Shown in pieces: positions 46,970-56,384 of a DNA stretch of 64,000 bases (the stretch's first letter is position 1; each line of letters starts with the position of its first letter). The notes beneath the pieces are model-generated. The model did not search any database. It saw only the letters and a list, made by a program, of their open reading frames with translations, and was not told the origin of the DNA. Made by a program: the position numbers and the translations under genes. The stretch is from contig CAWGVS010000006.1 of NCBI GenBank assembly GCA_963826115.1, positions 416,001-480,000 of the forward strand. Reading direction: 5' to 3'. Source of the stretch: an uncultured Candidatus Rokubacteria bacterium (GTDB taxonomy: Bacteria > Methylomirabilota > Methylomirabilia > Rokubacteriales > DASRDR01).

Positions 46970-48306
46970 GCCAGGACCTCGCGGCAGAGCGCCTCCCACA
47001 TCGCCGCCGAGAGCCGGAGACTCTCCACGTCGACCCGCTCGTCGTTGCCGTGGAACATGAGCGGATACTCCGCGTGCGGGATGCGGGGGGAGTGGAGGCC
47101 GAACCCGTAGGCGGGGATGCCGACCCGGCGGAAGAACCGGGCATCGGTCGCGCCCACCGTCAGCCGGGGCACGATGTGGCTCCCCGGCACGAGCGCCTGG
47201 GTCACGCGCCGCATCGCGTCGACCAGCGGGGTGTCGGGTGAGGTGAGCGAGCCCTCCTCGCGCCCGAGCGATTCGATGGTCACGCGGCCGCGGAGGTCGC
47301 CGAGCGCCGCGTCGAGCATCGCGTCCACCTCGTCCGGAGTCACGCCGGGCAGCGCCCGGATGTCGACGTCGATCTCCACCCGGTCGGGCACCGTGTTCAC
47401 CTTGCTGCCGCCGCGGACCAGGTTCGGCGAGAACGTGGTGTGCGTCGACGCGTGGGCCATCTGGGCGAGGCCGAGGCTCTCCATGCGCCGGGCGGCATCG
47501 AGCACGCGCTCGGGGTCGGTCAGGGCGGCGGCCAGCTCGCGGTCGGGCTGGACGGCCTCGACGTACTGCCGCCAGACGTCGAGGATGCGGGCCTTGGGCT
47601 GGTAGGCGGCGATCCGACGCACGACCTCCGCCGCGGTCACGAGCGCGTTGTCGGAGCGGAAGGGCCGCGAGCCGTGCCCCGGCGTGCCGCGCACCGCGAT
47701 CCGGCGCCAGTTCACGCCCTTCTCGCCCACGGTGAGCGGGAGGCCGGTCCCGGTCGGCGTCGGCACCGGCACGCCGCCGCTCTCGGTGATCACGTAGTCG
47801 GCCCGGACCGCGTCGAGCGCCTGCGCCGTGAGGTACTGGGCGCCGTAGTCCCCGCCCGCCTCCTCGTCGGCCACGGCCAGGTAGATCAGCGTCCCGCGCG
47901 GCCGGAACCCGGCGACCGCCAGGCGCCGCGTGGCCACGGCCATGGTGGCCGTGAGGTTCAGCATGTCGGTCGCGCCCCGGCCCCACACGATGCCGTCCAC
48001 GAGGTCGCCGCCGAACGGGTCCCGACGCCAGCCGGCCGGGTTGGCCGGGACGACGTCGGTGTGGCCCATCAGGAGCAGCGTCGGGGCCCGCCGGTCGGTG
48101 CCCTCGATCCGGGCGACGAGGCTGGCCCGCCCGGGCGCCGCCTCGTAGCGCTGGCAGGTGAGCCCCGAGCCCGCGAAGTAGTCCTCGAGCGCGGCGACGT
48201 TGCGGATCTCCTGCCCGGAGCCCACCGTGTCGTCGTTGACGCAGGCGTTCCGGATCATCGTCCGGAGGAGCTCGGTGGGTTCGGCGGTCAGCTGGTCGAG
48301 CGACAT
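46966..48306 (-). CDS. M20/M25/M40 metallo-hydrolase
   Basis: GHTDVVP, WGRGATDM, ADEEAGG, GHGS, GATDARFF, HGNDER. SD GAGGAG. Confidence 0.93.
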   Translation of the reverse strand: MSLDQLTAEPTELLRTMIRNACVNDDTVGSGQEIRNVAALEDYFAGSGLTCQRYEAAPGRASLVARIEGTDRRAPTLLLMGHTDVVPANPAGWRRDPFGGDLVDGIVWGRGATDMLNLTATMAVATRRLAVAGFRPRGTLIYLAVADEEAGGDYGAQYLTAQALDAVRADYVITESGGVPVPTPTGTGLPLTVGEKGVNWRRIAVRGTPGHGSRPFRSDNALVTAAEVVRRIAAYQPKARILDVWRQYVEAVQPDRELAAALTDPERVLDAARRMESLGLAQMAHASTHTTFSPNLVRGGSKVNTVPDRVEIDVDIRALPGVTPDEVDAMLDAALGDLRGRVTIESLGREEGSLTSPDTPLVDAMRRVTQALVPGSHIVPRLTVGATDARFFRRVGIPAYGFGLHSPRIPHAEYPLMFHGNDERVDVESLRLSAAMWEALCREVLA

Positions 48307-48454
48307 GGCGTCTCCTCGAGGACGTCCGGTGAGGTGGCTCTCGCTGGTCGTCATGGTAGGGGGCGCGTCCGGCGCGGTCAACGCCCGGCGCGGCGGACGC
48401 GGAGCGGGGGCCCGCGAGTTGCCGCGACGCGTCGCGGGGCGGTAGACTGGCCGG

Positions 48455-48889
48455 GTGGCGGCGGAGCTCCGGATCGTGGCCGGCTCGGTCTCGGCGCGGG
48501 CGACCCTGAACGGCTCGCGGACCGCGCGGGCGGTCCTGGACGCGCTGCCGATCGAGGCGGCGGCCCAGACCTGGGGGGACGAGATCTACTTCGCGATCCC
48601 CGTGTCGCTGCCGGAAGACGACGCGCAGGACGTCGTCGAGCGCGGAGATCTGGGATACTGGCCGCCCGGCCGAGCCTTCTGTATCTTCTTCGGGCCGACG
48701 CCCGCGAGCCGGGGCGACGAGTGCCGCCCCGCGAGCCCGGTGAACGTGCTCGGACGCGTGGAGGGTGACGCGACGGCGTTCCGCGCCGTGCGGGCCGGGA
48801 CCCGGGTGCGCCTCGAGCGGATGGACGCGGCGACCCCCGTCGCCGGCAGCACGACACAGAGCGGATCGGCCCGACCGTCGAGCCGCTGA
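48455..48889 (+). CDS. Cyclophilin-like fold protein (TM1367-like), leaderless
   Basis: TWGDEIYF, GDLGYWPPGRAFCIFFGPTP, PASPVN. TAGACT-N6-GTG. Confidence 0.88.
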   Translation: MAAELRIVAGSVSARATLNGSRTARAVLDALPIEAAAQTWGDEIYFAIPVSLPEDDAQDVVERGDLGYWPPGRAFCIFFGPTPASRGDECRPASPVNVLGRVEGDATAFRAVRAGTRVRLERMDAATPVAGSTTQSGSARPSSR

Positions 48890-48909
48890 GGACAGAGAGG
48901 GGAGAGGCC

Positions 48910-49563
48910 ATGAAGATCTTCCTGGACACCGGCAGCGTGAACGAGCTCAAGGAGGTCGCCGCCATGGGCCTCCTCGACGGCGCCACGACCAATCCCTCGC
49001 TCGTCGCCAAGGAGAAGCGGCCGTTCCGCGACCTGGTCGACGAGATCTGCCGGATCGTCGACGGGCCGGTGAGCCTCGAGGTCGTCGCGACCGACACCGA
49101 CGGCATGGTCCAGCAGGGGCGCGAGCTCGCCAAGATCGCCCCGAACGTCGTCGTGAAGCTCCCGACGACGGTCGAGGGCATCAAGGCGCTCCGCGTCCTC
49201 AACGGCGAGGGTCTCCGGACCAACCTGACGCTCTGCTTCTCGCCGAACCAGGCCCTTCTCGTCGCGAAGGCCGGGGCCACGTACGTGAGCCCGTTCCTCG
49301 GGCGCCTCGACGACATCTCGCACGTCGGCATGGACCTGATCCGGACGATCCGGAAGATCTACGACAACTACGGCTTCGAGACGCAGATCCTCGCGGCGTC
49401 CCTCCGGAACCCGATCCACGTGGTGGACGCGGCGCTCGCCGGCGCGGACGTGGCGACGCTTCCGTTCGCCGTCTTCCAGCAGCTGATCAAGCACCCGCTC
49501 ACCGACATCGGGCTCAAGCGCTTCCTCGAGGACTGGCAGAAGGCCGGCGTGTCCCTGACGTGA
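48910..49563 (+). CDS. fsa: Transaldolase/fructose-6-phosphate aldolase (TalC/Fsa type)
   Basis: IFLDTG, TTNPSL, VVKLP, TNLTLCFS, YVSPFLGRLDD, HPLTDIGL. Confidence 0.95.
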   Translation: MKIFLDTGSVNELKEVAAMGLLDGATTNPSLVAKEKRPFRDLVDEICRIVDGPVSLEVVATDTDGMVQQGRELAKIAPNVVVKLPTTVEGIKALRVLNGEGLRTNLTLCFSPNQALLVAKAGATYVSPFLGRLDDISHVGMDLIRTIRKIYDNYGFETQILAASLRNPIHVVDAALAGADVATLPFAVFQQLIKHPLTDIGLKRFLEDWQKAGVSLT

Positions 49564-49581
49564 CACCCTAGGCGTCGCGCC

Positions 49582-49974
49582 GTGTCGGCCGCGGGCCTGG
49601 CGGTCGTCCGGGAGATGTACGACGCGTTCGCGCGGCGGGACGGCGCCGCCGTCTTCGCGCGGCTCCACCCCGACGTCGAGTTCCAGCAGACTCCGCTCCT
49701 GCCCTGGGGCGGGCACTACCGGGGGCACGAGGGCGCCCGGGAGTTCTTCACCCGCCTGCGGGAGACGATCGACTCCGCCGTCGCCGTGGACCGCTTCATC
49801 GATGCCGGGGACCACGTGGCGGCGGTCGGGCGGACGCGCGGGCACGTTCTCGCGAGCGGGGCCGCATTCGACGTGGCTATCGCGCACGTGTGGACCCTGC
49901 GCGACGACCGGGTCGCCCGGTTCGAGGCGTACATCGACACCCCGGCCATGCGGGAGGCCCTGGGGCTCCGCTGA
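49582..49974 (+). CDS. NTF2/SnoaL-like protein
   Basis: YDAFARRD, LPWGGHYRG, HVWTLRD, YIDT. Confidence 0.88.
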   Translation: MSAAGLAVVREMYDAFARRDGAAVFARLHPDVEFQQTPLLPWGGHYRGHEGAREFFTRLRETIDSAVAVDRFIDAGDHVAAVGRTRGHVLASGAAFDVAIAHVWTLRDDRVARFEAYIDTPAMREALGLR

Positions 49975-50083
49975 CCGCCGAGGATCTCCCGGCCGCCGGC
50001 CGGCTCGGGGTAGAGTGCAGGGGCGATGACACGGCGAGCCGGGGACCGTCCGTCGACGCCAACGCCAGACGCGAGGTGATCGG

Positions 50084-51457
50084 GTGAGCGAGGCCTACGA
50101 CTTCGACCTGGTGGCGATCGGCAGCGGGCCGGCGGGCCAGCGCGCGGCCGTCCAGGCCGCGAAGCTCGGCAAGCGGGTGGCCATCATCGAGAAGAACCGC
50201 GTCGTCGGCGGCGTCTGCGTCGAGACCGGGACGATCCCCAGCAAGACCTTCCGCGAGGCCGTCTCGGTGGTGACGGCGGCGCCGGGGGCCGGCGCCCGCC
50301 CGACGGCGGAACAGCTCCTGGCCCGCGTCAGCGACGTCGTGCGCCGGGAGGTCGACGTGCTCGACAACCAGCTCCGGCGCAACGACATCGCCGTCATCCG
50401 GGGCGAGGCCGAGTTCCAGGACCCCCACACCCTGCACGTCCGCGCGGAGACCGGCTCCCGCACGGTGCGCGCCGCGACGATCGTGGTGGCCGTCGGCACC
50501 CGGGCCGTGACCCCGCCCGGCGCGGTGGTCGACGGCGAGGTGGCGATCACCAGTGACGACATCGTCCGCCTGAAGCGCCTGCCGCGGGCGATGACCGTCG
50601 TGGGCGGCGGCGTCATCGGCATCGAGTACGCGTCGATCTTCGCCGCGCTCGGCATCGAGGTCACCGTGGTCGAGCGCCGGGACCGGATCCTCGACTTCGT
50701 GGACCGGGAGATCGTCGACGAGCTCGTCCACCAGATGCGGAAGCGGAACGTCACCTTCCGCTTCGGCGAGGCCGTGCAGCGGTTCGAGGTGTCGGAGGGG
50801 CCGCCCCGCCGGGGCGTGCTGTTCCTCGAGTCGGGAAAGCGGATCGTCTCCGACCTCGTGCTCTTCTCGGCCGGTCGCATGGGCGCGACGGACCGGCTGA
50901 AGCTCGACGCGGCGGGGCTCGCCGCCGACGAGCGGGGGCGGCTCGCCGTCGACGCGGACTTCCGGACCGCCGTCCCGCACGTCTACGCCGCCGGCGACGT
51001 GATCGGCTACCCGAACCTGGCCGCGACGTCGAGCGAGCAGGGGCGCCTGGCGGCGTGCCACGCCTTCGGGGTGGCGGCGGGCCCGATGGCGAGCCATTTC
51101 CCGCTGGGGATCTACGCCATCCCGGAGATCTCCATGGTCGGCGCTACCGAGCAGGAGCTGACCCAGGCCAAGGTGCCCTACGAGATCGGCGTGGCTCGCT
51201 ACCGTGAGATCGCCCGGGGTCAGATCCTGGGCGACGACAGCGGCCTCTTCAAGATGCTCTTCCACCGGGAGACCCGGCGGCTCCTGGGCGCCCACGCGAT
51301 CGGCACCCAGGCGACCGAGCTGATCCACATCGGGCAGGCGGTGCTGGGATTGGGCGGCGGGCTCGACTACTTCCTGTGCACGGTCTTCAACTACCCGACG
51401 CTCGCCGAGTGTTACAAGGTGGCCGCCCTCGACGCGGCCAACAAGCTCGCCGTCTGA
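50084..51457 (+). CDS. sthA: Soluble pyridine nucleotide transhydrogenase
   Basis: GSGPAG, GGVCVETGTIPSKT, GGGVIGIEYA, GIYAIPEIS, ARGQI, TELIHIGQ, FNYPTLAECYK. Confidence 0.93.
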   Translation: MSEAYDFDLVAIGSGPAGQRAAVQAAKLGKRVAIIEKNRVVGGVCVETGTIPSKTFREAVSVVTAAPGAGARPTAEQLLARVSDVVRREVDVLDNQLRRNDIAVIRGEAEFQDPHTLHVRAETGSRTVRAATIVVAVGTRAVTPPGAVVDGEVAITSDDIVRLKRLPRAMTVVGGGVIGIEYASIFAALGIEVTVVERRDRILDFVDREIVDELVHQMRKRNVTFRFGEAVQRFEVSEGPPRRGVLFLESGKRIVSDLVLFSAGRMGATDRLKLDAAGLAADERGRLAVDADFRTAVPHVYAAGDVIGYPNLAATSSEQGRLAACHAFGVAAGPMASHFPLGIYAIPEISMVGATEQELTQAKVPYEIGVARYREIARGQILGDDSGLFKMLFHRETRRLLGAHAIGTQATELIHIGQAVLGLGGGLDYFLCTVFNYPTLAECYKVAALDAANKLAV

Positions 51458-51483
51458 CGCGGCCTTCCGCCCGGCGCGCGGGC

Positions 51484-51699
51484 CTACGAGGAGCGGCGCG
51501 CGAACAGCAGGAGCGCGACTCCGCCCGCCAGCGCCACCACGCCGAGGACCGGCGACAGCGGGATCGTCTTCTCGTGCTTGACCTCCGCCTTGAACGGCCC
51601 GACGTCGAGAATCTTGTCCTTGGTGGTGTAGGTGATGCCCTGGTAGACGAGGGCGATCACTCCGAGCACGATGAGCGCCACTCCGATCAGCTTGACCAT
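51484..51699 (-). CDS. Small two-TM membrane protein (DUF3185-like)
   Basis: LIVLGVIALVYQGITYTT...DVGP...KTIPLSP. SD GGAGG. Confidence 0.85.
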   Translation of the reverse strand: MVKLIGVALIVLGVIALVYQGITYTTKDKILDVGPFKAEVKHEKTIPLSPVLGVVALAGGVALLLFARRSS

Positions 51700-52075
51700 C
51701 GCATGTCCTCCCGTGGCGGCGGGCTTTCCGGCTCACCGGACGCAGCCACGTCGCCCAGCCGCTGCTGCAAATAGCGCCGGTGATTCGCCACGAAGTCACG
51801 GGTGACCAGGTAGTGTTCCGTATCTTCGTAGCGGACGACACAGGCCCCGTCGTTCGACAACTGGTAGATCGTAGCCCGAGGATAGGCCATCAGGATAGGG
51901 GAGTGGGTGGCGATGACGAACTGACACTGCGCCTCGACGAGGTCGTGCATCAGGCGCAGCATGGCGAATTGGCGCCGCGGGGATAATGCGGCCTCGGGCT
52001 CGTCGAGGATGTAGAGGCCCTGCCGAATGAGGGCACCCGGTCGCGCATGAGGGTCAGCGACAGGAGGAAGCCCTG
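51687..52075 (-). pseudogene. AAA/ABC-type predicted ATPase (COG3910-like) with large internal deletion
   Basis: N-terminal GFLLSLTLMRDRVPSF is joined out of frame to QGLYILDEPEAALSP...QFVIATHSPILMAYP...TEHY; Walker A absent. Confidence 0.8.
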
Positions 52076-52154
52076 TGGCTCCGGCGGTGCCGTCGAGCTC
52101 TCGTTCGACGGGGTCAGGCGCGGACGTCGCCCCACGGTCCGTCGGCGCATCGCG

Positions 52155-53171
52155 TCAGCCGCGCAGCGCTTCGGCGAAGGCGCGCAGCTCCTCGCGGGTG
52201 GTCCGGCGCTCGAGCGCCACGTAGGGCGCGAGGCGGTCGAGCAGCCCGCCGTAGCGCTCGTCGAGCGCGGCCCGGAGGCCGTCGAAGGGCGCCTCGACCG
52301 CGAACACGCCCAGCATCTCGTCCGTGATCAACGCCGCCATTCCCGCCCAATCCCCCTCCACCGACTTCCGGTGGAGCTTGGGCGTCAGGTCCTGCCAGCC
52401 GTGCGCGGCCAGCACCGGCTCGTAGGTCCGCGTCGACGCGTAGAAGGAGACCTGGGTCCGGGCGTGCTCGCGCGCCCGCGCGATCTCGTCGGCGGTGCGG
52501 CCGGTGATCATGAACACGGAGCACGCCAGCTCGACCGCCTGGCGGGGGCGGCCGGTCTTCGCGAGCCCCGCCTCGATGTTGGGGAGCGCGAACTCCCGGA
52601 GGTACTTCACCGAGTGGAACGGGTGGAGGTGCACGCCGTCGCAGAGCTCGCCGGCGAGCCGCATGTTGTACGCGTTGACCGCCGCGACGTAGATCGGGAT
52701 CCGCGGATGCTCGATCGGCGGCGGCGCGAAGAACGGCGTGGTGAGGGTGATCGTGTAGTGCTCGCCACGGAAGCTCACGGGCCCGCGCGCCTGCCACGCG
52801 TCCCAGATGGCGCGGAGCGCGAGGACGTACTCGCGGAGCCGGGGCCCCGGGGCGGTCCACGGCACCGAGAACCGCCGCTCCATGTGTCCCTTCACCTGCG
52901 TGCCGAGCCCGAGGATCATCCGCCCGCCGGAGGCCGCCTGGAGGTCCCACGCCGCGTGGGCGACCACGGTGGGACTCCGGGGGAAGGCGACCGCGATCGC
53001 GGTGCCAAGGCTCACGTGGCGCGTGTGCTCCGCGGCCAGGGCGAGGGGCAGGAACGGGTCGTGCCGCGTCTCCGCGGTCCAGAGACCGTCGAAGCCCAGG
53101 GCCTCGGCCTCCCGGGCCATCGCCGGGACGTCCCCGAGCTCCTCGATGCCGAGCGTGGCGTCGATCTTCAC
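52155..53171 (-). CDS. LLM-class oxidoreductase, probable F420-dependent TIGR03617 type
   Basis: ETRHDPF, AFPRSP, LGLGTQVKGH, RRFSVPW, FYASTRTY. Confidence 0.9.
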   Translation of the reverse strand: MKIDATLGIEELGDVPAMAREAEALGFDGLWTAETRHDPFLPLALAAEHTRHVSLGTAIAVAFPRSPTVVAHAAWDLQAASGGRMILGLGTQVKGHMERRFSVPWTAPGPRLREYVLALRAIWDAWQARGPVSFRGEHYTITLTTPFFAPPPIEHPRIPIYVAAVNAYNMRLAGELCDGVHLHPFHSVKYLREFALPNIEAGLAKTGRPRQAVELACSVFMITGRTADEIARAREHARTQVSFYASTRTYEPVLAAHGWQDLTPKLHRKSVEGDWAGMAALITDEMLGVFAVEAPFDGLRAALDERYGGLLDRLAPYVALERRTTREELRAFAEALRG

Positions 53172-53200
53172 GGATCCGTCCCGGCGTCCGAGTGGCTCAT
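53168..53200 (-). other. Candidate leaderless micro-uORF MSHSDAGTDP* overlapping the LLM start
   Basis: TAGGCT(53213-53208)-N7-ATG(53200); its TGA overlaps GTG 53171 (GTGA). Confidence 0.45.
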
Positions 53201-53258
53201 GGCGGTTAGCCTACTCCAGACCGGCTCGGTCTTGCGGCCCGGTCGATCGGCGGCGAGG

Positions 53259-54884
53259 TCACGTCCGCGGCGCCGCCGCGTGCAGGTGCTGGATCTTGCC
53301 CGACGGCGCGGTCAGGGGCGGCTGACGCTCCACGCGGAGGAACTTCGACTCCCGCCAGAGGAGCGCCATGACCCGGTCGCTCTCCGCCCGGGCGCCGATG
53401 GCGGACAGGAAGGCCTCGGCCAGTGCCTCGGCGTCGACCGCGCCCAGCCGCGGATGTACGAGGAGCCGCAGGCGCGGCCGGCCGCCCGCGCCCTCTTCCT
53501 CGACCAGCTGATAGTCGGTCGGCGCACCGCCGAACCGCGCGGGCAGCACCTCCTCGAGGACGCGGATCAGGTCGGTGTCGAGGAAGGTCATCCCGCCGGC
53601 GGTGAGCTTCTCGTGGCTCCGGATCTCCTGCAGGTGGGTCGTCCAGCCCAGCGACTCGAGCGGGCAGCCGCACCGGCGCTCGCTCATCACCGCCTGATCC
53701 CCGAGTGACGCGTTGATCAGGATGAGCGGCGCCGAGGCCCGGAGCGTGGACAGGAGCAGGGTCGGGGGAAGCAGTGGCGCCCGGGGCCTGGCTGCGTGGT
53801 CACCGGCGGCGCGGGCCGCGCCCGGCTGGACGAGCGCCACGAGATCGCGCAGCACGTGAACGTCGTCCGGCGCACCTCGCGCCGCGCAGCCGTAGCCGAT
53901 GGGGCCCGACTCGACGCTCGAGTACCGGAGGATGATCCGGGCCCCGGTGCGCTCGATGACGGCGAGGCGGGCCGACGTCAGGGGCTCCCCCGCGCTCGTG
54001 AACACCACGCGGCCGAGGTCCATGCCGGTCTCCGCGGCGGCCCGGCAGATCCGCACCACCGCGCTCGGATAGCTCATCACGTGGGGCATCTCGCCGCGCG
54101 CCAGCACCTCCGCCATCCAGCGGAGGATCGGCAGGGGATCGTCCGGCTTCACGTAGGTCGGGGCCGGCAGCGGGGTCAGGCCGGCGAGGGCCTGGGCCAG
54201 CCGAAGCGCGTGGACGCTCCACCGATAGCGCGCATGCAGCCCGGCTCCCCGGAGGTCGATGAGCGAGAACCATCGACGGGCCTCGACGCCGGCGGCGCCG
54301 TACTCGAGCACGTGGGCGAGCGCGCTCCCGCCGGGCACCGCCCAGCAGCCCAGGCGCCAGTCGCGTGCCCGGTAGGCGTCCAGGACCAGCGCGAGGTCGA
54401 CTGCCCGGTCGGTGACGACCGGGAGATTGACGGGGACGAGGCTGCGAGGCCCGCGGGTGCCGCTGGTCTGGGAGAGCAGGTGGGGCGCGAGCCGCGGGCT
54501 GAGCAGGCCCGCGGGATCGACGTGGATCCGCGTCGAGCCGCGCACGACGGCGTGGCGGCCCTTGAGCTCGTCGACGGTCAGGTACACGCCGCGGGCGTGG
54601 AGCTGCCCGAGGGCTCCCTCGAGCCCGTCACGCGTGACCAGCCGCTCGAGGTCGCCGTGCTCGCAGCCGGCCCACCGGAGCAAGTGGTGGTACGGACTCC
54701 CGGGATTCGCGTACACGCCCCACCGGACGAGGTCGAGGAAGTCGGCCTCCCGCCGCTCGAGACGCCGCCGGAGAGTGGCGCGGGCCGTGTCGATCGGAAT
54801 CGGGCGGCGGAGGACGCGGGGCAGCTCCGCGACCAGGCGGGCGCCCATCGTCAGGTCCGCGAGCGAGAGCGGCGAGTCGACCAC
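53259..54884 (-). CDS. Divergent PaaK/CapK-like adenylate-forming protein
   Basis: TSGTRG P-loop, SAGEPL, YSSVESG, INASLGD, RCGC, EKLTAGGM, TAPSGKI. Confidence 0.75.
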   Translation of the reverse strand: MVDSPLSLADLTMGARLVAELPRVLRRPIPIDTARATLRRRLERREADFLDLVRWGVYANPGSPYHHLLRWAGCEHGDLERLVTRDGLEGALGQLHARGVYLTVDELKGRHAVVRGSTRIHVDPAGLLSPRLAPHLLSQTSGTRGPRSLVPVNLPVVTDRAVDLALVLDAYRARDWRLGCWAVPGGSALAHVLEYGAAGVEARRWFSLIDLRGAGLHARYRWSVHALRLAQALAGLTPLPAPTYVKPDDPLPILRWMAEVLARGEMPHVMSYPSAVVRICRAAAETGMDLGRVVFTSAGEPLTSARLAVIERTGARIILRYSSVESGPIGYGCAARGAPDDVHVLRDLVALVQPGAARAAGDHAARPRAPLLPPTLLLSTLRASAPLILINASLGDQAVMSERRCGCPLESLGWTTHLQEIRSHEKLTAGGMTFLDTDLIRVLEEVLPARFGGAPTDYQLVEEEGAGGRPRLRLLVHPRLGAVDAEALAEAFLSAIGARAESDRVMALLWRESKFLRVERQPPLTAPSGKIQHLHAAAPRT

Positions 54885-54961
54885 GGTCCGCCGGGTCGCG
54901 AGGCGGCCGGCTACCGGCCGGCGCCGCGCGCGGTGTAGGATCGGTCGGTCCCGGCGGCCTG

Positions 54962-56377
54962 ATGCATCGGTGGCTCGTCCCCCATGTCGTCCTGCCGCTC
55001 TCCGAGCGGCTGACGGGGCGTCGACCGTGGACCGAGGCGCTGCGCCTTCGGCGGCTGCAGTGGCAGTCCCCCGCGGAGCTCGACGGGCGCGCCCTGCGCC
55101 GCGCGCGCACCGTGCTCGCGCATGCGGCCGCGCGCGTGCCCTACTACCGGGAGCTGTTCACGCGCGCCCGTGTGGCCCCCGAAGACGTTACCACGCTGGC
55201 AGCCCTCTCCCGGCTGCCGGTCGTCACGAGGGCCGATCTGCGGGCGAGCTTCCCGGATCGCACCACCGCGGAGGACCTTCCGGCCGCTCGCCGATGGCTG
55301 ACCCGCACGTCCGGATCCACCGCGCGGCCCTTCGAGTTCTACGCGGACCGGGCCGGCATGGACAGCTGGCTGGGCTCGCACCTCTTCTTCCTGGACTGGC
55401 TCGGCGCTGCGCTCTGGACGCCGCGGATCGACATCTTCGGCCCGCCCGGCGGGGAAGCGGCGGCGAACACGCCCGGATCGTCCGCGCTGCCACGAGCCGT
55501 CCGCGTGCTGGTCCTGGGTGAGCGGGTCGTCTCCGTCGCGGGTGTGGACCTGACGGTGGACGCGCTCCGCATGCACGTGGACCGCTTCCCCCGGCGGCGC
55601 CCGTACTTCATCCGGGCGAGTCCCTCCTATGCGGCGCGACTGGCCGCCCAGATCCTCGCCGACGGCCGGGCGCTCGACCGCGGTCCGATGGCGGTCATGA
55701 CCGGGGCCGAGACCTTGACGCCGGTCCAGGAGGCGACGATTCGCCGCGCGTTCGGCTGCCGGGTCGTCAACCACTACTCGAGTTGGGAAGTGCCGCACAT
55801 GGCGCAGAGCTGTCCGGACCACGCGGGGCTGCTGCACGTCAACAGCGAGCGGGTCGTACTGCGCGTGGTGGACGCCGACGGGCGCGACGTCCGGCCCGGC
55901 GACCGGGGCCGCGTGCTCATCACGGCGCTCGCGAACGACGTGATGCCGTTCATCAACTACGATCTCGGCGACTGGGCCGTCCGCGGCGACCGCTGCCCGT
56001 GCGGCCGCGGATTCCCGACCCTCGCCGCGGTCGACGGCCGGACCGGGGAGGTGATCGAGACCTCGGACGGCCGCGCGATCACGCCGGCGATGCTCGGGAC
56101 CCAGCTGCCGCTGCAGAGCGACGTGGCCGGCTTCATTGCCGACTACCAGGCGGACCACACCGCGCCGGACGCGGTCACGCTCCGCGTCGTGCCGCTCCTC
56201 GGCTTCATGGCCGAGATGATCGCGCCGCTCCGGGCGACGATGGAGCGCCTGATGGGGCCCACGGTGCGGGTGTCGGTCGAGGTCGTCGAGCGCATCCCCG
56301 AGGAGCCGTCGGGCAAGCGCTTCATCGTCCGGTCCCACCGACCGCCGGCGGGGCCGACGCGCGGGGAGCGGGCCTGA
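54962..56377 (+). CDS. Phenylacetate-CoA ligase family (PaaK/CapK-like) protein
   Basis: VPYYR, TSGSTARP, GAETL, MPFINYDLGD, CPCGRG, VDGR, PSGKR. Confidence 0.88.
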   Translation: MHRWLVPHVVLPLSERLTGRRPWTEALRLRRLQWQSPAELDGRALRRARTVLAHAAARVPYYRELFTRARVAPEDVTTLAALSRLPVVTRADLRASFPDRTTAEDLPAARRWLTRTSGSTARPFEFYADRAGMDSWLGSHLFFLDWLGAALWTPRIDIFGPPGGEAAANTPGSSALPRAVRVLVLGERVVSVAGVDLTVDALRMHVDRFPRRRPYFIRASPSYAARLAAQILADGRALDRGPMAVMTGAETLTPVQEATIRRAFGCRVVNHYSSWEVPHMAQSCPDHAGLLHVNSERVVLRVVDADGRDVRPGDRGRVLITALANDVMPFINYDLGDWAVRGDRCPCGRGFPTLAAVDGRTGEVIETSDGRAITPAMLGTQLPLQSDVAGFIADYQADHTAPDAVTLRVVPLLGFMAEMIAPLRATMERLMGPTVRVSVEVVERIPEEPSGKRFIVRSHRPPAGPTRGERA

Positions 56378-56384
56378 CGTCGGC

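Noticed and set aside
50011-50079. uORF MTRRAGDRPSTPTPDAR* before sthA
   Set aside because: The -10 to ATG distance is 9 nt, the stop does not overlap the start, and sthA has its own SD.
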